From: a virus
Taxonomy: Duplodnaviria; Caudoviricetes
IMG/VR virus record: IMGVR_UViG_3300009124_000018
Span: 1-53,862 of that record
DNA length: 53,862 nucleotides
Reading direction: 5' to 3' (one strand)
Below, one piece after another: positions 26,213-37,600 of the stretch. A program made the position numbers and the translations under genes. The notes under the pieces were generated by a model. It was not told the DNA's origin. It saw only the letters and a program-made list of their open reading frames with translations, and searched no databases. Position 1 is the stretch's first letter. Each line of letters starts with the position of its first letter.

Positions 26213-29200
26213 TCTTACAGATAAGGAAGTCGCCCTTAATATTGTCGATAGAACCCTATTTGTCAACAATGCGGGTACTATCGAGGAGATTGCCAATGCG
26301 GATCCGAACGATGAAAAAATCGTTCCTTCCATGTTTTCAAGTTCCATTACAGATGGAGTTGGAAACACCTGGTATGTTTCAAAAAATGGAACAGACAAGG
26401 CAACACTTGGTTCTGTAAATCCTAGACATGGGGAAACTACAGGAGCAAATGCTTGGGGTAAAACTCCAAGCACTGCTTTTCAAACTTTAAAGTATTGTTT
26501 GGATAATTATGCTCAATCTGGTGATACGATTTTAGTTTCAGCAGGAACGTTTGACGAAATTTTTCCATTAACAGTTCCTGTCGGAATTTCAATTAAAGGT
26601 GCTGGGTTAAAATCAACATTTATTAAACCTACAGTACCTACAAATGATCAAGATGCATTTTTAATTGAAGGTGATTGTAATATTGAGGATCTCTGTGTAA
26701 ATGATTTCTATTATAATTCTACAAATGATACTGGATATGCATTTAGATTAAAATCAACATATTCAGTTTCTGCTGACGGTAGAAGACCTTATATTCAGCG
26801 TTGTAGCGTAATTACTAAGGGTAGTGCTACTTCGGGGTCTGATCCTCGTGGATACGCTGCTGGAGACGCTGGTAGAGGTGCCTTAGTAGACGGATCAGTT
26901 GTTAATGCATCTTCTGATGAAGCAGCACTGCTGTTTAACGAGTGTACATTTGTTGTACCCAATTCAGTAGGTCTGTATCTCAAAAATGGTGCTCGTAGTG
27001 AGTGGTTAAACTCATTCACGTACTTTGCATCTGATAGTATTTTAGGGGAAAACCCTGGAGGATCTGGTTTCAAAGGAGCAGGAAAAACCAGATTAAAATT
27101 GAATAATGTACTTGGAACATTCAATGCTTCCGATACAATTACATATTATGATACTGATGGAACAACTGTGCTTGCGAGTGGCACAATTGATTCTAATGAT
27201 GGGACTTATGTTTATATCGATGGTCAAGGTACTGGTCAATTTGTTGAAGCAGAAGCAGATACTACTGGAAAATTAGTTACTGCAATTGGTGATGCTCAGT
27301 TAGATACTGATATCAAATACTTTGGTACAGCATCTTTACTACTTGATGGTTCTGGAGATTACCTTTCATTAGCAGGATCTTCCGATTTCGGTTTTGGTAC
27401 TAGTGATTTTACTGTAGAGGGATGGATTCGCCCAACAACAGTAACTGGAACTTTACATATTTACGATAGCAGAAGTTCTGCTGGAGATAGTGCTGGTCGT
27501 TTGTATCTCGATAACGGTCAAGTACGATATGCAGTTGGTGGTAGTGACATTGTAACTTCTGGTGGCACTACGGTTAGTATTAATACTTGGACCCATGTTG
27601 CAGTTGTTCGTAATTCATCAACAACTAAGATTTATGTAGATGGTGTTGAAAGAGGATCTGCAGCAGATTCTAATGATTTAGGATCATCAAGAGCACTGTA
27701 TATTGGTGCTAACTTTGGGGGATCTAATGCATTTACAGGCAATATTGATGAGTTTAGAGTAAGTAAGGGACTTGCTCGATATACTTCAACTCCATTTACA
27801 GTTCCAACTTCTGAGTTTATTGTTGATACTAACACACAACTCTTACTGCACTTTAATGGTCTTGACGGATCTACCGATATTTTAGATGGTAGTGTTTCTG
27901 TTCAAGATATTCGTTCATCTTCAGGTGGTACTGCTGCATATATTGGTCTTGCAGATTACACTGACTTTGGTGCTGAACTGCGTTCTATTGGTTCTGCATC
28001 CGTATATGGTGAGCGTGGTATTACTGCAGATGGTAAAGGTGTAAGATTACGTTGTATTGTTCATAACTTTGGTTATGTTGGAGTTGGAGATGATATTTCT
28101 AATGACATCTCTAATGTAAATCAAGCAAATGAAATTATTGAATCTAATGGTGGTAGAGCACTCTTCACCAGTATGGACCAAAACGGAGATTTCCGTGTAG
28201 GTAATGCATTCTTTGTAGATCAAGAAAATGGCACTGTATCGTTCGTTGGTGGAACTTCTGGTGGCGGTACAACCTTTGACCAGTTAATTGTTACTGGTAC
28301 TGGTAATACTACTACTATTCTCCCTACCAGCATCAGCCTAGGTAATCTTTTACTTTCGGGTAATACTTTAGAATCTACTCTTGGTAACTTAATTCTTGAT
28401 GCTCCTGGTGGTAGTAGTGTACAAGTAGATAAGCGTCTTCTTCTCGCAAATGGTACATATGATGTTCCATCATTAGCATTTACTAATGATAATGATACTG
28501 GTATTGCTAGAACTCAACCTCTTGCAGATGGTGAATTTAGTTTAATCTCCAATGGTGCAGAAAAAGTTAGAGTTTCTCCAGAAGCGGTAAACACATATAC
28601 TACTTCTAACTTTATTTCAATTGGTATTGGTCAAGATCAAGCTGATATTTCAGTAAGTCCAGTTGGTTCTCAATATCCACCTGGAACTTTCACAAATGTT
28701 CCTCTTTCTGGTGGTTCTGGAACTGGTGCTGCAGCAACAATTACCACTACAGCATTTGGTGGCACTATTACCAATGGTGGTAGTGGTTACACTACAGGGC
28801 AGCTAACAGATATTCCATTAACAACCAGTGGATCTGGAACTGGTGGTGTAGTAAATGCTACTGTTACTGGAATTTCTGGCGTTATCACTCAAGGTGGATC
28901 TGGATATGTTGATGGAACTTATAATGCAGTTCCTCTTCAAACGACTGGAAGTGGTCTTGGAGCAACTGCAAATCTCACTATTACTGCTGGAGAAGTATCA
29001 GAAGTAGTATTTGTTAATAGTGGGGTTGGGTATGCAATTAATGATATTCTCACTGTAAATAATTCTAATTTAGTATATGGAGATCCCCCACAAACTAGTG
29101 GTGGGTCTGGATTTCAGTTTGAAATCCAAGCAAACCAAGAAGGGTATGGTCCAGGTGTAGTAACTGGAATCACTGCAGTTGCTAATTGGTTAGGTACTGG

Positions 29201-32200
29201 ATATCAAGCAGGAGATACCATTGGATTAAATACAACTCCTGGATCAGGATTTGTATATACACTATCTTCTGCTGGTGCAATTTCTACAGTTGAAATTACT
29301 AATAGTGGTGCAGATTATGTAGAAAATGATATAGTAACTCCAGATGTCAAAGTTAGCACCACTAATGATGCAGTCAGTGGTATTTTACGTACAGTAAATT
29401 ACTATGTTGATGCAGTAGATACGGGTGGTGGAACATATGTGTTTACCATTGCAGATGGTCCAACTGCAACTCCAGTTAACAATCCCGCTCTTAGTTTACT
29501 AAGAAATACAGTATATAATTTTATTTTCCAAGATGGAAATACATTTGGAACATATCCACTATTATTCTCTACAGATAGTGGAAATAATGTTCCATACACT
29601 GCACTTAGAAATACTCTTCAAGATTCCCTTGGAGTTCAATTAGTAATTGATTCTCCAACTGTAGAAGTTGTAGTTGATGGTTCATTCCCTGCGGGATCTA
29701 TTGATATTACAGTAAAAGACGCAAGTAGAGCAACTGCTGGTGGATCTATTACAGGTGCTGGCACTTTTAGTATTTCTGCAATTTCAGGTAATGTAATTAC
29801 TTTAGATACCCAAACAGGCACTACAAGTAATTTATCTTCTGGGGATGTTCTTACAGTAACTCTGCCAACCACCATTTACTATTATAGTTCCAGTCAACCT
29901 GGAATGGGCAATAGTGCAACCATTGGATCTAATTATGGCACTGGTGCTCAAATTCAAGTTGTTGGACTTAACGATGGACAGAGCACTACAATTACAGGTT
30001 CAAATATTAACGCACCATCTATTGATATTTCAGGAGCGTCTAATTTTGGATCAACTAATATTACTGGAAACTTAAATGTTTCCAATAATGCAACTGTTAC
30101 TAATGTTCTTACTGCAGGAACTCTTGTTGCAAATACTGTTGTAAACCAGAGTGCTTTACAAACAACTGGTAATATTGTTCAAACTTGGTCTGACGATACT
30201 GATCCCGAAAATGTAATAACTTATACTAATTTTAGTGCTAAGGTAGACGATGATAACTTTAAGTATGTAACAGTCAATACTGATAGTTCTTTCTTTAACT
30301 TTGAAGTTGATGGTAAAGCAAAAGTAAGTAATAGCACTTATATTGCAACTCTTACAGATGCTAAAGTAGGTATTGGTGTAGAACCAACAGTTGATGAATC
30401 TGTAGATCCTCCAGTTGTTGGGGAGATTGGAGAAAAACTTGAAGTTGTTGGTAATGTAAAAGTAACGGGAACCTATAAATCTTCTTCAGGTGCAGTTGAT
30501 GCTCCTGATATTACTTTCCAAGATGATGAACGTTTAGGTCTTTATCAGTATAATGATGGTACAGATAATAATTTAGGTGTTACATCGTCCACAGGTAAAA
30601 TTGTATCTTTAAATGGATCAACATCAACGTTCCATAAAGATCTTCAATTTGATTCTTCATCTATTGATGAATTTACTCTAACTAACGGATCTGAATACGT
30701 CACAGGAGTTTATAATGATGTTGAATTCCAGGCAGGAACTGGCGGTGGAGCTATTGGTAATGTAACCATTGCGTTTGGTACTACATTAACAAATCCAGGT
30801 GCTGGGTATAGTGATGCTGAATACATCAATGTACCTCTTTCATATGCAGTTCCACCTGGAGGAAATGTAACAGGATTTACTAATCTTTCAGGTGGATCTG
30901 GTTATGTTGATGGAAACTATACTAATGTAGATTTATTTGGTGGATCTGGTGTTGGTCTTACTGCTGATTTTACTATCAGTGGCGGTTCCGTAACCAATTT
31001 AGTTGTAAATGCTGGCGGTTCTGGATATTCAAATACAGATACTGGATTGACCGTTGATCCAGAAAATGTTGGTGGTAGTGTTCTTCAAACAGTTACTATT
31101 ATTAATGGTGGAGGAAGTTACTATGATGGAAACTATACGAATCTTCCAATTCAAAATATTTCATCAAATGGATCTAATGGTACTGTTGACGTTACTGTTA
31201 CCAGTGGAACAGTAACAAATATTACTGTCAACAATGGTGGAGGTGGATATACAACTACTGATCAATTTACAATTTTAAGTTCTTTATTAAATCCCACTCA
31301 AACATTAACAGCATCAGTTACTAATAATGGATCTACTGATTATGTATTTACAGGTGACATTACTGGAAATGATCCATCACTTTCAGTTACTGAAGGAGAT
31401 ACAATTACACTTAATGTAAATGCCACTGGACATCCTATTCATATCGTATCACAACTTGGTCCAGGTGGATCATATGATGCACAATATGATGTTTCATCTG
31501 TAACTGGTCAGGGAACTGAAACTGGCACTCTTTTCTTTGATACTGCAGCACTTGATGCTGGTCCTGGAACTTATTACTACATTTGCGAAAATCATCCAAC
31601 CGCAATGGTTGGAGTAATTACAGTAGGTAATGCGACTGTTGGTAGTGGACTTGCATTTAATGCATCGACAGTATCTACTGGTGCTGGATTCTCTGTTGAT
31701 GTTGCATCTACTGGAACTGCTGGTGTAGAAGGAACTGGAGCAACAGCATTTATTTTAGTTGAGAGTGGAGAAGTAACTCAGTTCTATGTGACTAATCCTG
31801 GTGATGAAAATTATCAGGCAGGTCAAACTCTTTATGTTGCAACTGCTGATATGCAGTATTTGGATCCATTTGGAACTCCAACTCCAACAACTACTCCAAC
31901 TACAGAATTTAGAGTAGTTGTTGGAAATTCTGGATCAGTTTCTTTTGTAGAACTCACTGATACTGGAAATGGTTATGAGGTAGGAGACATCCTCAGATTA
32001 CCAGATACCTTCAGACCAACTACAATTGATTACGAAAATGGTCTTACAGCTGCCACTGGTAATTATATTTTAAGTGGAAATAATATTTACTTTGTAAGCA
32101 CTGGTGGAGTTTTAGCAGATCCTGCTCCATCACATACAACTGGTTCGGTTGCTAATGGAACTGCAATTTTAGATTTCTATAGTCCTGTAGGCATTGAGTT

Positions 32201-33809
32201 TGGACTCAATGTATCTACATTACTTTCTGAAAATACTATTCAAATTGATACTTCTGATGGTAAAATTACGTCTAAACAATTAGAAGTAACTGGCGGAACA
32301 TCTCTTCTTAATGAAGTTAGTGTTTCTGGCAATACTATTTCTAGAAGTGTTCCTGGAAATCTAGTTATTAATTCTGGCGTAAATGGATTTGTAGAATTTG
32401 GTGGAACTTCTGGTATTATTTTACCAAGAGGAACTACTGATCAAAGACCTTCTGCTGTAGCAGGAACAATTCGATTTAATAGTGAGGAGAATATTTTTGA
32501 GGGTAATAATGGTTCTGCCTTTGTTTCTCTCGGTGGTGTACGTGACGTTGACTTAGATACATTTATTAGACCCGAAACTGCTCCTGGTGAAGACGATGAT
32601 GTTCTTGAGTTCTTTGCGGGTGGAATTAATGTTCAAAAGATTGGAACCAATTTTGCAGAGTTTAATAACTTAACCCAACATAGGCATACAAATTTAAATA
32701 ATGTTTTCCTTTGGGTAGAGGGAACTTCTGTAGTAGCACCAACAGATCCTATTGTATTTGATCCATCTACAACAGTAGACGATACTGCAGACACGATTCT
32801 TTTTACTGCTCATACATTTATTGAAGAGCAAGAAGTAACGTATTCTAATGGTGGTGGTTCTGATATTACAAATCTTGTTGACGGTGTTAACTATTTTGTT
32901 CATGTTGTAGATGAAAACACTATTCAACTTGCAGGATCTACTGCTGATCTTGCAACACAAACATATGTAGATTTGGTTGGTACTGGATCGGGAACAACTC
33001 ATAGTTTGACTAAGGTTAATCCTCAACCAGTATTATACTATTATGGAGATAATGTATACTCTGTAACTTCATCTGGAACATTTGATGCAGATCCAGCAAA
33101 CTTCCCAAGTCATACTACAGGAAGTGCTACAAATGGCACTGTTGATTTAGATTGGGTTAGAACTATCTATGGTGATGTTACCATCACTTCCAAAGTATAC
33201 TCTCTATCCCTAGAAGAACTTAGAGTTAATGGTAGCATCATTGCATTTGGTGATTCTTCAGTATCTACAATTCTTAGTGCGGCATCTGATTTTAAACTTG
33301 GATTTAGAGGTGCTGCAGACGAATCATTAATCAAACTTTCTTCTAACGGATCTTTCGGAGTAAATACATCATATAGTTCTCAAACAGAATCGTATGTGAC
33401 TGTATTTGAATATGACCTTAAGAAATTTACTCTTGCTGATACAAGAGTAACTTCAGGAGAAGGTACAATTGACACCTCAGTTGGCAATTCAGTTAATATT
33501 ATAATTTCAGAATATGATTCAATCAATTCTAGATATCCTGCACATTCTGGAAAAGTCATGTTTGAAATTTATGATGATTCACCAACACCAAGAAGACAAT
33601 ATTCTGAAATATCTTTCTTATTAGCATCCGATGGAAGTGATATTTTCTACACAGAAAGTAACAAGATATATACAAGTGACCTATTGGTAGATGTTGCAGT
33701 TGATATTGTTAGTGGCACCAATAATATTGTAGCAAATATTGTTGATGTAACTGGATCTTCAACAGTTGTTTATACCATCAAGGTAGTTTCTCAATCCATT
33801 TTAACGTAA
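26151..33809 (+). CDS. Giant mosaic tail fibre, 2552 aa (beta-helix, LamG, Gly-rich repeats, cupredoxin-like domain)
   Basis: The N-terminus IKLKRS...P...L...EVALN..DRTLF resembles the T4 gp37 N-terminus. Pectin-lyase-like segment; LamG (DFTVEGWI...WTHVAVVR...IYVDG...GNIDEFRVS); about 10 GGSGY repeats; LPRGTTDQRP...IRFN. Confidence 0.9.
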   Translation: MASRIKLKRSLTPNSAPTTSDLTDKEVALNIVDRTLFVNNAGTIEEIANADPNDEKIVPSMFSSSITDGVGNTWYVSKNGTDKATLGSVNPRHGETTGANAWGKTPSTAFQTLKYCLDNYAQSGDTILVSAGTFDEIFPLTVPVGISIKGAGLKSTFIKPTVPTNDQDAFLIEGDCNIEDLCVNDFYYNSTNDTGYAFRLKSTYSVSADGRRPYIQRCSVITKGSATSGSDPRGYAAGDAGRGALVDGSVVNASSDEAALLFNECTFVVPNSVGLYLKNGARSEWLNSFTYFASDSILGENPGGSGFKGAGKTRLKLNNVLGTFNASDTITYYDTDGTTVLASGTIDSNDGTYVYIDGQGTGQFVEAEADTTGKLVTAIGDAQLDTDIKYFGTASLLLDGSGDYLSLAGSSDFGFGTSDFTVEGWIRPTTVTGTLHIYDSRSSAGDSAGRLYLDNGQVRYAVGGSDIVTSGGTTVSINTWTHVAVVRNSSTTKIYVDGVERGSAADSNDLGSSRALYIGANFGGSNAFTGNIDEFRVSKGLARYTSTPFTVPTSEFIVDTNTQLLLHFNGLDGSTDILDGSVSVQDIRSSSGGTAAYIGLADYTDFGAELRSIGSASVYGERGITADGKGVRLRCIVHNFGYVGVGDDISNDISNVNQANEIIESNGGRALFTSMDQNGDFRVGNAFFVDQENGTVSFVGGTSGGGTTFDQLIVTGTGNTTTILPTSISLGNLLLSGNTLESTLGNLILDAPGGSSVQVDKRLLLANGTYDVPSLAFTNDNDTGIARTQPLADGEFSLISNGAEKVRVSPEAVNTYTTSNFISIGIGQDQADISVSPVGSQYPPGTFTNVPLSGGSGTGAAATITTTAFGGTITNGGSGYTTGQLTDIPLTTSGSGTGGVVNATVTGISGVITQGGSGYVDGTYNAVPLQTTGSGLGATANLTITAGEVSEVVFVNSGVGYAINDILTVNNSNLVYGDPPQTSGGSGFQFEIQANQEGYGPGVVTGITAVANWLGTGYQAGDTIGLNTTPGSGFVYTLSSAGAISTVEITNSGADYVENDIVTPDVKVSTTNDAVSGILRTVNYYVDAVDTGGGTYVFTIADGPTATPVNNPALSLLRNTVYNFIFQDGNTFGTYPLLFSTDSGNNVPYTALRNTLQDSLGVQLVIDSPTVEVVVDGSFPAGSIDITVKDASRATAGGSITGAGTFSISAISGNVITLDTQTGTTSNLSSGDVLTVTLPTTIYYYSSSQPGMGNSATIGSNYGTGAQIQVVGLNDGQSTTITGSNINAPSIDISGASNFGSTNITGNLNVSNNATVTNVLTAGTLVANTVVNQSALQTTGNIVQTWSDDTDPENVITYTNFSAKVDDDNFKYVTVNTDSSFFNFEVDGKAKVSNSTYIATLTDAKVGIGVEPTVDESVDPPVVGEIGEKLEVVGNVKVTGTYKSSSGAVDAPDITFQDDERLGLYQYNDGTDNNLGVTSSTGKIVSLNGSTSTFHKDLQFDSSSIDEFTLTNGSEYVTGVYNDVEFQAGTGGGAIGNVTIAFGTTLTNPGAGYSDAEYINVPLSYAVPPGGNVTGFTNLSGGSGYVDGNYTNVDLFGGSGVGLTADFTISGGSVTNLVVNAGGSGYSNTDTGLTVDPENVGGSVLQTVTIINGGGSYYDGNYTNLPIQNISSNGSNGTVDVTVTSGTVTNITVNNGGGGYTTTDQFTILSSLLNPTQTLTASVTNNGSTDYVFTGDITGNDPSLSVTEGDTITLNVNATGHPIHIVSQLGPGGSYDAQYDVSSVTGQGTETGTLFFDTAALDAGPGTYYYICENHPTAMVGVITVGNATVGSGLAFNASTVSTGAGFSVDVASTGTAGVEGTGATAFILVESGEVTQFYVTNPGDENYQAGQTLYVATADMQYLDPFGTPTPTTTPTTEFRVVVGNSGSVSFVELTDTGNGYEVGDILRLPDTFRPTTIDYENGLTAATGNYILSGNNIYFVSTGGVLADPAPSHTTGSVANGTAILDFYSPVGIEFGLNVSTLLSENTIQIDTSDGKITSKQLEVTGGTSLLNEVSVSGNTISRSVPGNLVINSGVNGFVEFGGTSGIILPRGTTDQRPSAVAGTIRFNSEENIFEGNNGSAFVSLGGVRDVDLDTFIRPETAPGEDDDVLEFFAGGINVQKIGTNFAEFNNLTQHRHTNLNNVFLWVEGTSVVAPTDPIVFDPSTTVDDTADTILFTAHTFIEEQEVTYSNGGGSDITNLVDGVNYFVHVVDENTIQLAGSTADLATQTYVDLVGTGSGTTHSLTKVNPQPVLYYYGDNVYSVTSSGTFDADPANFPSHTTGSATNGTVDLDWVRTIYGDVTITSKVYSLSLEELRVNGSIIAFGDSSVSTILSAASDFKLGFRGAADESLIKLSSNGSFGVNTSYSSQTESYVTVFEYDLKKFTLADTRVTSGEGTIDTSVGNSVNIIISEYDSINSRYPAHSGKVMFEIYDDSPTPRRQYSEISFLLASDGSDIFYTESNKIYTSDLLVDVAVDIVSGTNNIVANIVDVTGSSTVVYTIKVVSQSILT

Positions 33810-33813
33810 TTCC

Positions 33814-34587
33814 ATGGCAAAAATTTTAAAGTCCTTACAGTCGGATGGTGGATTTTCGGTTGCAGAATCTACCATCATTGATCCACAAAGAAATGTAATT
33901 GATGTTAATACTTTAAAAGTATTAAACAACTCTAATGATAAAACATTTAAAAAAGAATATATTGCACACTCAGAGTTAGATAACAACTCTCCATCTGTAG
34001 TCATGTCCCCAGGGCATGTAGTTGAGGCAGATAGAATTGTATTTCTTAATGGATTTTTCTTAGGGACCTGGGAAGGATACCCTATCGTTGAGTGGACTGC
34101 AAATGCGAATAGTCCCATTCTTAGTGGAACCCTATCTAATCATGGATTTACAACTGGAGATAACATCACTATTGAATTGACAAATAGTGCATATTCTGCA
34201 GGAAATGGAACTTATCCAGTAACAGTAACTGGGGTATCGACATTTACTGTAGAACTTCCTGCTGCGTTAGATCAAAATAATCCTATTTTAAATGAAACTT
34301 ATGAAATTACCAATTTAGGATCTAATTGGGAGTATGCTGTTAAAATTGAAAGTGCTGTTTTAAGTGACTCTAATAATATTTTAACTGCTGCGGCAACTTC
34401 AAGTACTGTAGTTAAAGATAATGTTCCACTAGGTCATGTTTGGACAATTTCACCAGATGTAAACAATACCACTAAAGAGTTGTCATTTGCAACTGCAGTT
34501 TCAACTAACGGATCTTTGGAATTAAGAGGTACTGGAATCAAGTGGTCAGGAAAGATTGAAATTGTGTATACCCAAAGGGGTTATTGA
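33814..34587 (+). CDS. Virion structural protein, 257 aa
   Basis: S.GGFSV N-terminal motif and an HGFTTGD.I.I...NGTY.VT.....F small beta-barrel module. Confidence 0.75.
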   Translation: MAKILKSLQSDGGFSVAESTIIDPQRNVIDVNTLKVLNNSNDKTFKKEYIAHSELDNNSPSVVMSPGHVVEADRIVFLNGFFLGTWEGYPIVEWTANANSPILSGTLSNHGFTTGDNITIELTNSAYSAGNGTYPVTVTGVSTFTVELPAALDQNNPILNETYEITNLGSNWEYAVKIESAVLSDSNNILTAAATSSTVVKDNVPLGHVWTISPDVNNTTKELSFATAVSTNGSLELRGTGIKWSGKIEIVYTQRGY

Positions 34588-34596
34588 TTAAAAAGA

Positions 34597-34604
34597 GATA
34601 AATA
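34597..34604 (+). promoter_or_regulatory. Late promoter (GATAAATA)
   Basis: NATAAATA motif 26 nt upstream of ATG34631, which has an AGGAG SD. Confidence 0.7.
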
Positions 34605-34630
34605 ACTTTATACGGAGACCATAGGAGCAA

Positions 34631-37600
34631 ATGGCTTTAGAATTTAACGCCGATAAGGAGATTATTAAATCTAATCAACTAAAGGTTAAAAACGATACCA
34701 GTGTTAGGTTTGATCTGGGTGGTGGTGCTGATGAGAAATCCGCCCTGTTTGGTATTTTGACCAATGATGCTGATAAACTTGTTCGTGTTGGTATTAACAC
34801 AGTTGACCCTTTATATGAATTAGATGTTAATGGTCAGATTAGAACCACAACATCTATCATTTCTGATACTGCTCGTATTAATAACCTGGATATTGATACC
34901 ATTGTCAATCCAGAACTGAATCTTAAAGCTCCTCGCCTTAATACATTTACTGATCCAGATACTGGTGAAGTATTTTGGCCAGTTTCTGAAACTCCTGCGT
35001 TTGATGATGATAGCAACAAGATTGCTACTACAAACTTTGTTTATAATATTGCTACCAATGACGTTGGTGGTCGTATTTATGTTTCTGAACAAATTGGTAA
35101 TGATAGTTTTGACGGTCGCTCCGCTACAAAACCCGTCAGATCTATTAAGAGAGCAACACAACTTGCTGCATTAACTGATCAAAAAGAAACTCTGATCGTT
35201 GCAGGTGGAGATTACTTAGAAGATAACCCAATTTCTCTGCCAGATCAATGCTCAGTTGTTGGTGATAATATTCGTCTGTGTATCATCAGACCCCAGAATC
35301 CTGGGAAACATATGTTCAAGGCAGCGAACGAGAACTATGTTACAGGTATTACTTTTAGAGATAATTTAAATGCCGAAGGAAATCCTGCATTTACTTGGGG
35401 GTATGCGTATGTATTTGATGATAGACAAAGGTTCTACTATCCAAAAACTCTTGGTGGTCAGTATGGAAGAACTTTTGAATTAGGTCATAAAATTGCTGCA
35501 CCTGAAGAATGGAAACTTAATTTTACTTCCAACAATGGTAATGCTCTCCTTGTAGTTGGTTTAACTGTTACTAACCAAGATACTTTAGGTACTGGTGTAA
35601 TTACTGAAGTTGTATTTACATCAGGTGAACAACAGGGATATATTGTAATCAATCAAATTTCTGGTGAAATTAATTCAGTTGGTGCTATCTATAATTATGA
35701 ATCTGGAGCAACTTACAATATTAATGTTTCTGATGGAGAGCAGTTAACACCTGACGCTCAAGTAGTTAAGCACGTAACAAATCATACAACTTATGGTTTA
35801 AGAAGTGTAAAATATGATCCAGTAAATTATCCTCAAGGATTAATTTTTGAAGTTGTTACTGATTTCTATCATGACTATGAAGTTGGTCAATATGTAAATA
35901 TTAATAATTTACCTAGCGTCGGTACGTTTGGAGATCTTTCTAGATTTAATGGTAGGCAATATGTTTCTCATAGAATTGAAACAGCTGATGGATTTAGTCA
36001 AAAATTTGTAGTATTTAAGGATACACCAACAGATCTAATTACATTGGGTGCTGTTAATGGAGAATATGATGTTACTGCAAATGGCGCTACCGTAACATCT
36101 GATGACCATTACGTAGTATTCTCTCTTGACAACTCTCCTAAGAAGTTTGAAGAGTCAAATAAGAGTCCTAATAGATATCTTGATGCTGCTGATCTGATAG
36201 GTAGAAACAAAACAGGAATCACAGAAGAAGCACTCAGAAGAGCTAAAGAAGAGTATCCTGCACTTGTAGTTCCTGATGAAACTCAGTGCAAAACTGACAT
36301 TGGTCATATTGTTGATGCTATCAACTATGACCTCACTTGGGGTGGTAATGCTGCAACTAAGGAAGCAGCGGATTACTACTATGATGCTGGTGCATTAACA
36401 CATATTGAGAATCAACTTAAAGAAACCACTTACGCATTTGAGCAAGCAAGAGACCTGTCTATCAGGGCAATGCGTAACCAGTTGAATTATGTTGATACTT
36501 CGGGAGTTGGTACATTTACTAGGGTAAATGGATACACTGGAGGTCTTCGTAATGCAATTTGGGACAATGAAAAGTTCGTTGCTGTTGGTGATACTGGAGC
36601 AATCCATACTTCAGTAGACGGAGAAACTTGGACTGCCCAAGCAAGTGGTACATCACAAAATCTTAGAGATATTGTTTGGAATAAGTGGGCAGTTGGTGAA
36701 AGAGGAGTTCCAGAATATGTCGTAGTTGGTAATAACGGAACCATTCTTTGGTCAAGCAATGGTGAAGATTGGTATACTGTAACTTCAGGAGTTACTACTA
36801 ACTTTACTGCTCTTGCATATAACGGTAATACCTATGTTGCAGTTGGTGGTGCTGGTGATGTACTATACTCTAATAATGTAACTTCATGGCAATCAGGAAC
36901 AAGTGGAGTATCTACTAATCTTTTAGATATCATTTATAATGATGATATTGATAAGTTTATTGCAGTTGGTGTTGATGGTGTAATTTTAGAATCCTCCGAT
37001 GGAAATACTTGGACTGCACAGGAAAGTGGAACCACTGATGCACTTCTTGGAATTTCTTGGACTGAAGGCAGAATGGTGGTTGTTGGCGGTAATGGTAGTG
37101 TCATTACCAGTGATGATGGAGGATTAACATGGGACACTGGCGTTCTTTCTAATGCAGGTCCAGATAATAATCAAGGTGATCGTTTTGCCGATGCTGCAGA
37201 TCTGATTCTACAAAATAAAGCAATTATTGCTGAAATCTCAGTCAATAAGATGCTTGATAATAATCCTGGATTTAATATTCCAAATGGAAGTTCTTCATGT
37301 AAAGATGACGTAATTGACTTCTTGGAGTCAATGGTTATCAACCTGGAGTTTGGTGGTAACGATGAAGTATACGATGCAGCAAACCGCTATGTAACTGGTG
37401 CTCATGTTTCTGGTGAAGAAGATGAGTCAGTAGAAGTATTTGGATATGCAGAAACTCTTGCTATTCAAGCAATGAGGAATGAGGCATTTAATGCTAGTGA
37501 TGTTCTGAACTTTGCTTCAGGTCTTACTCAATATACAGATAATACTATTACTGTAGATACTGGTTCTCCTGCATGTGCAAACGTTGCTAGTGCGATCAGC

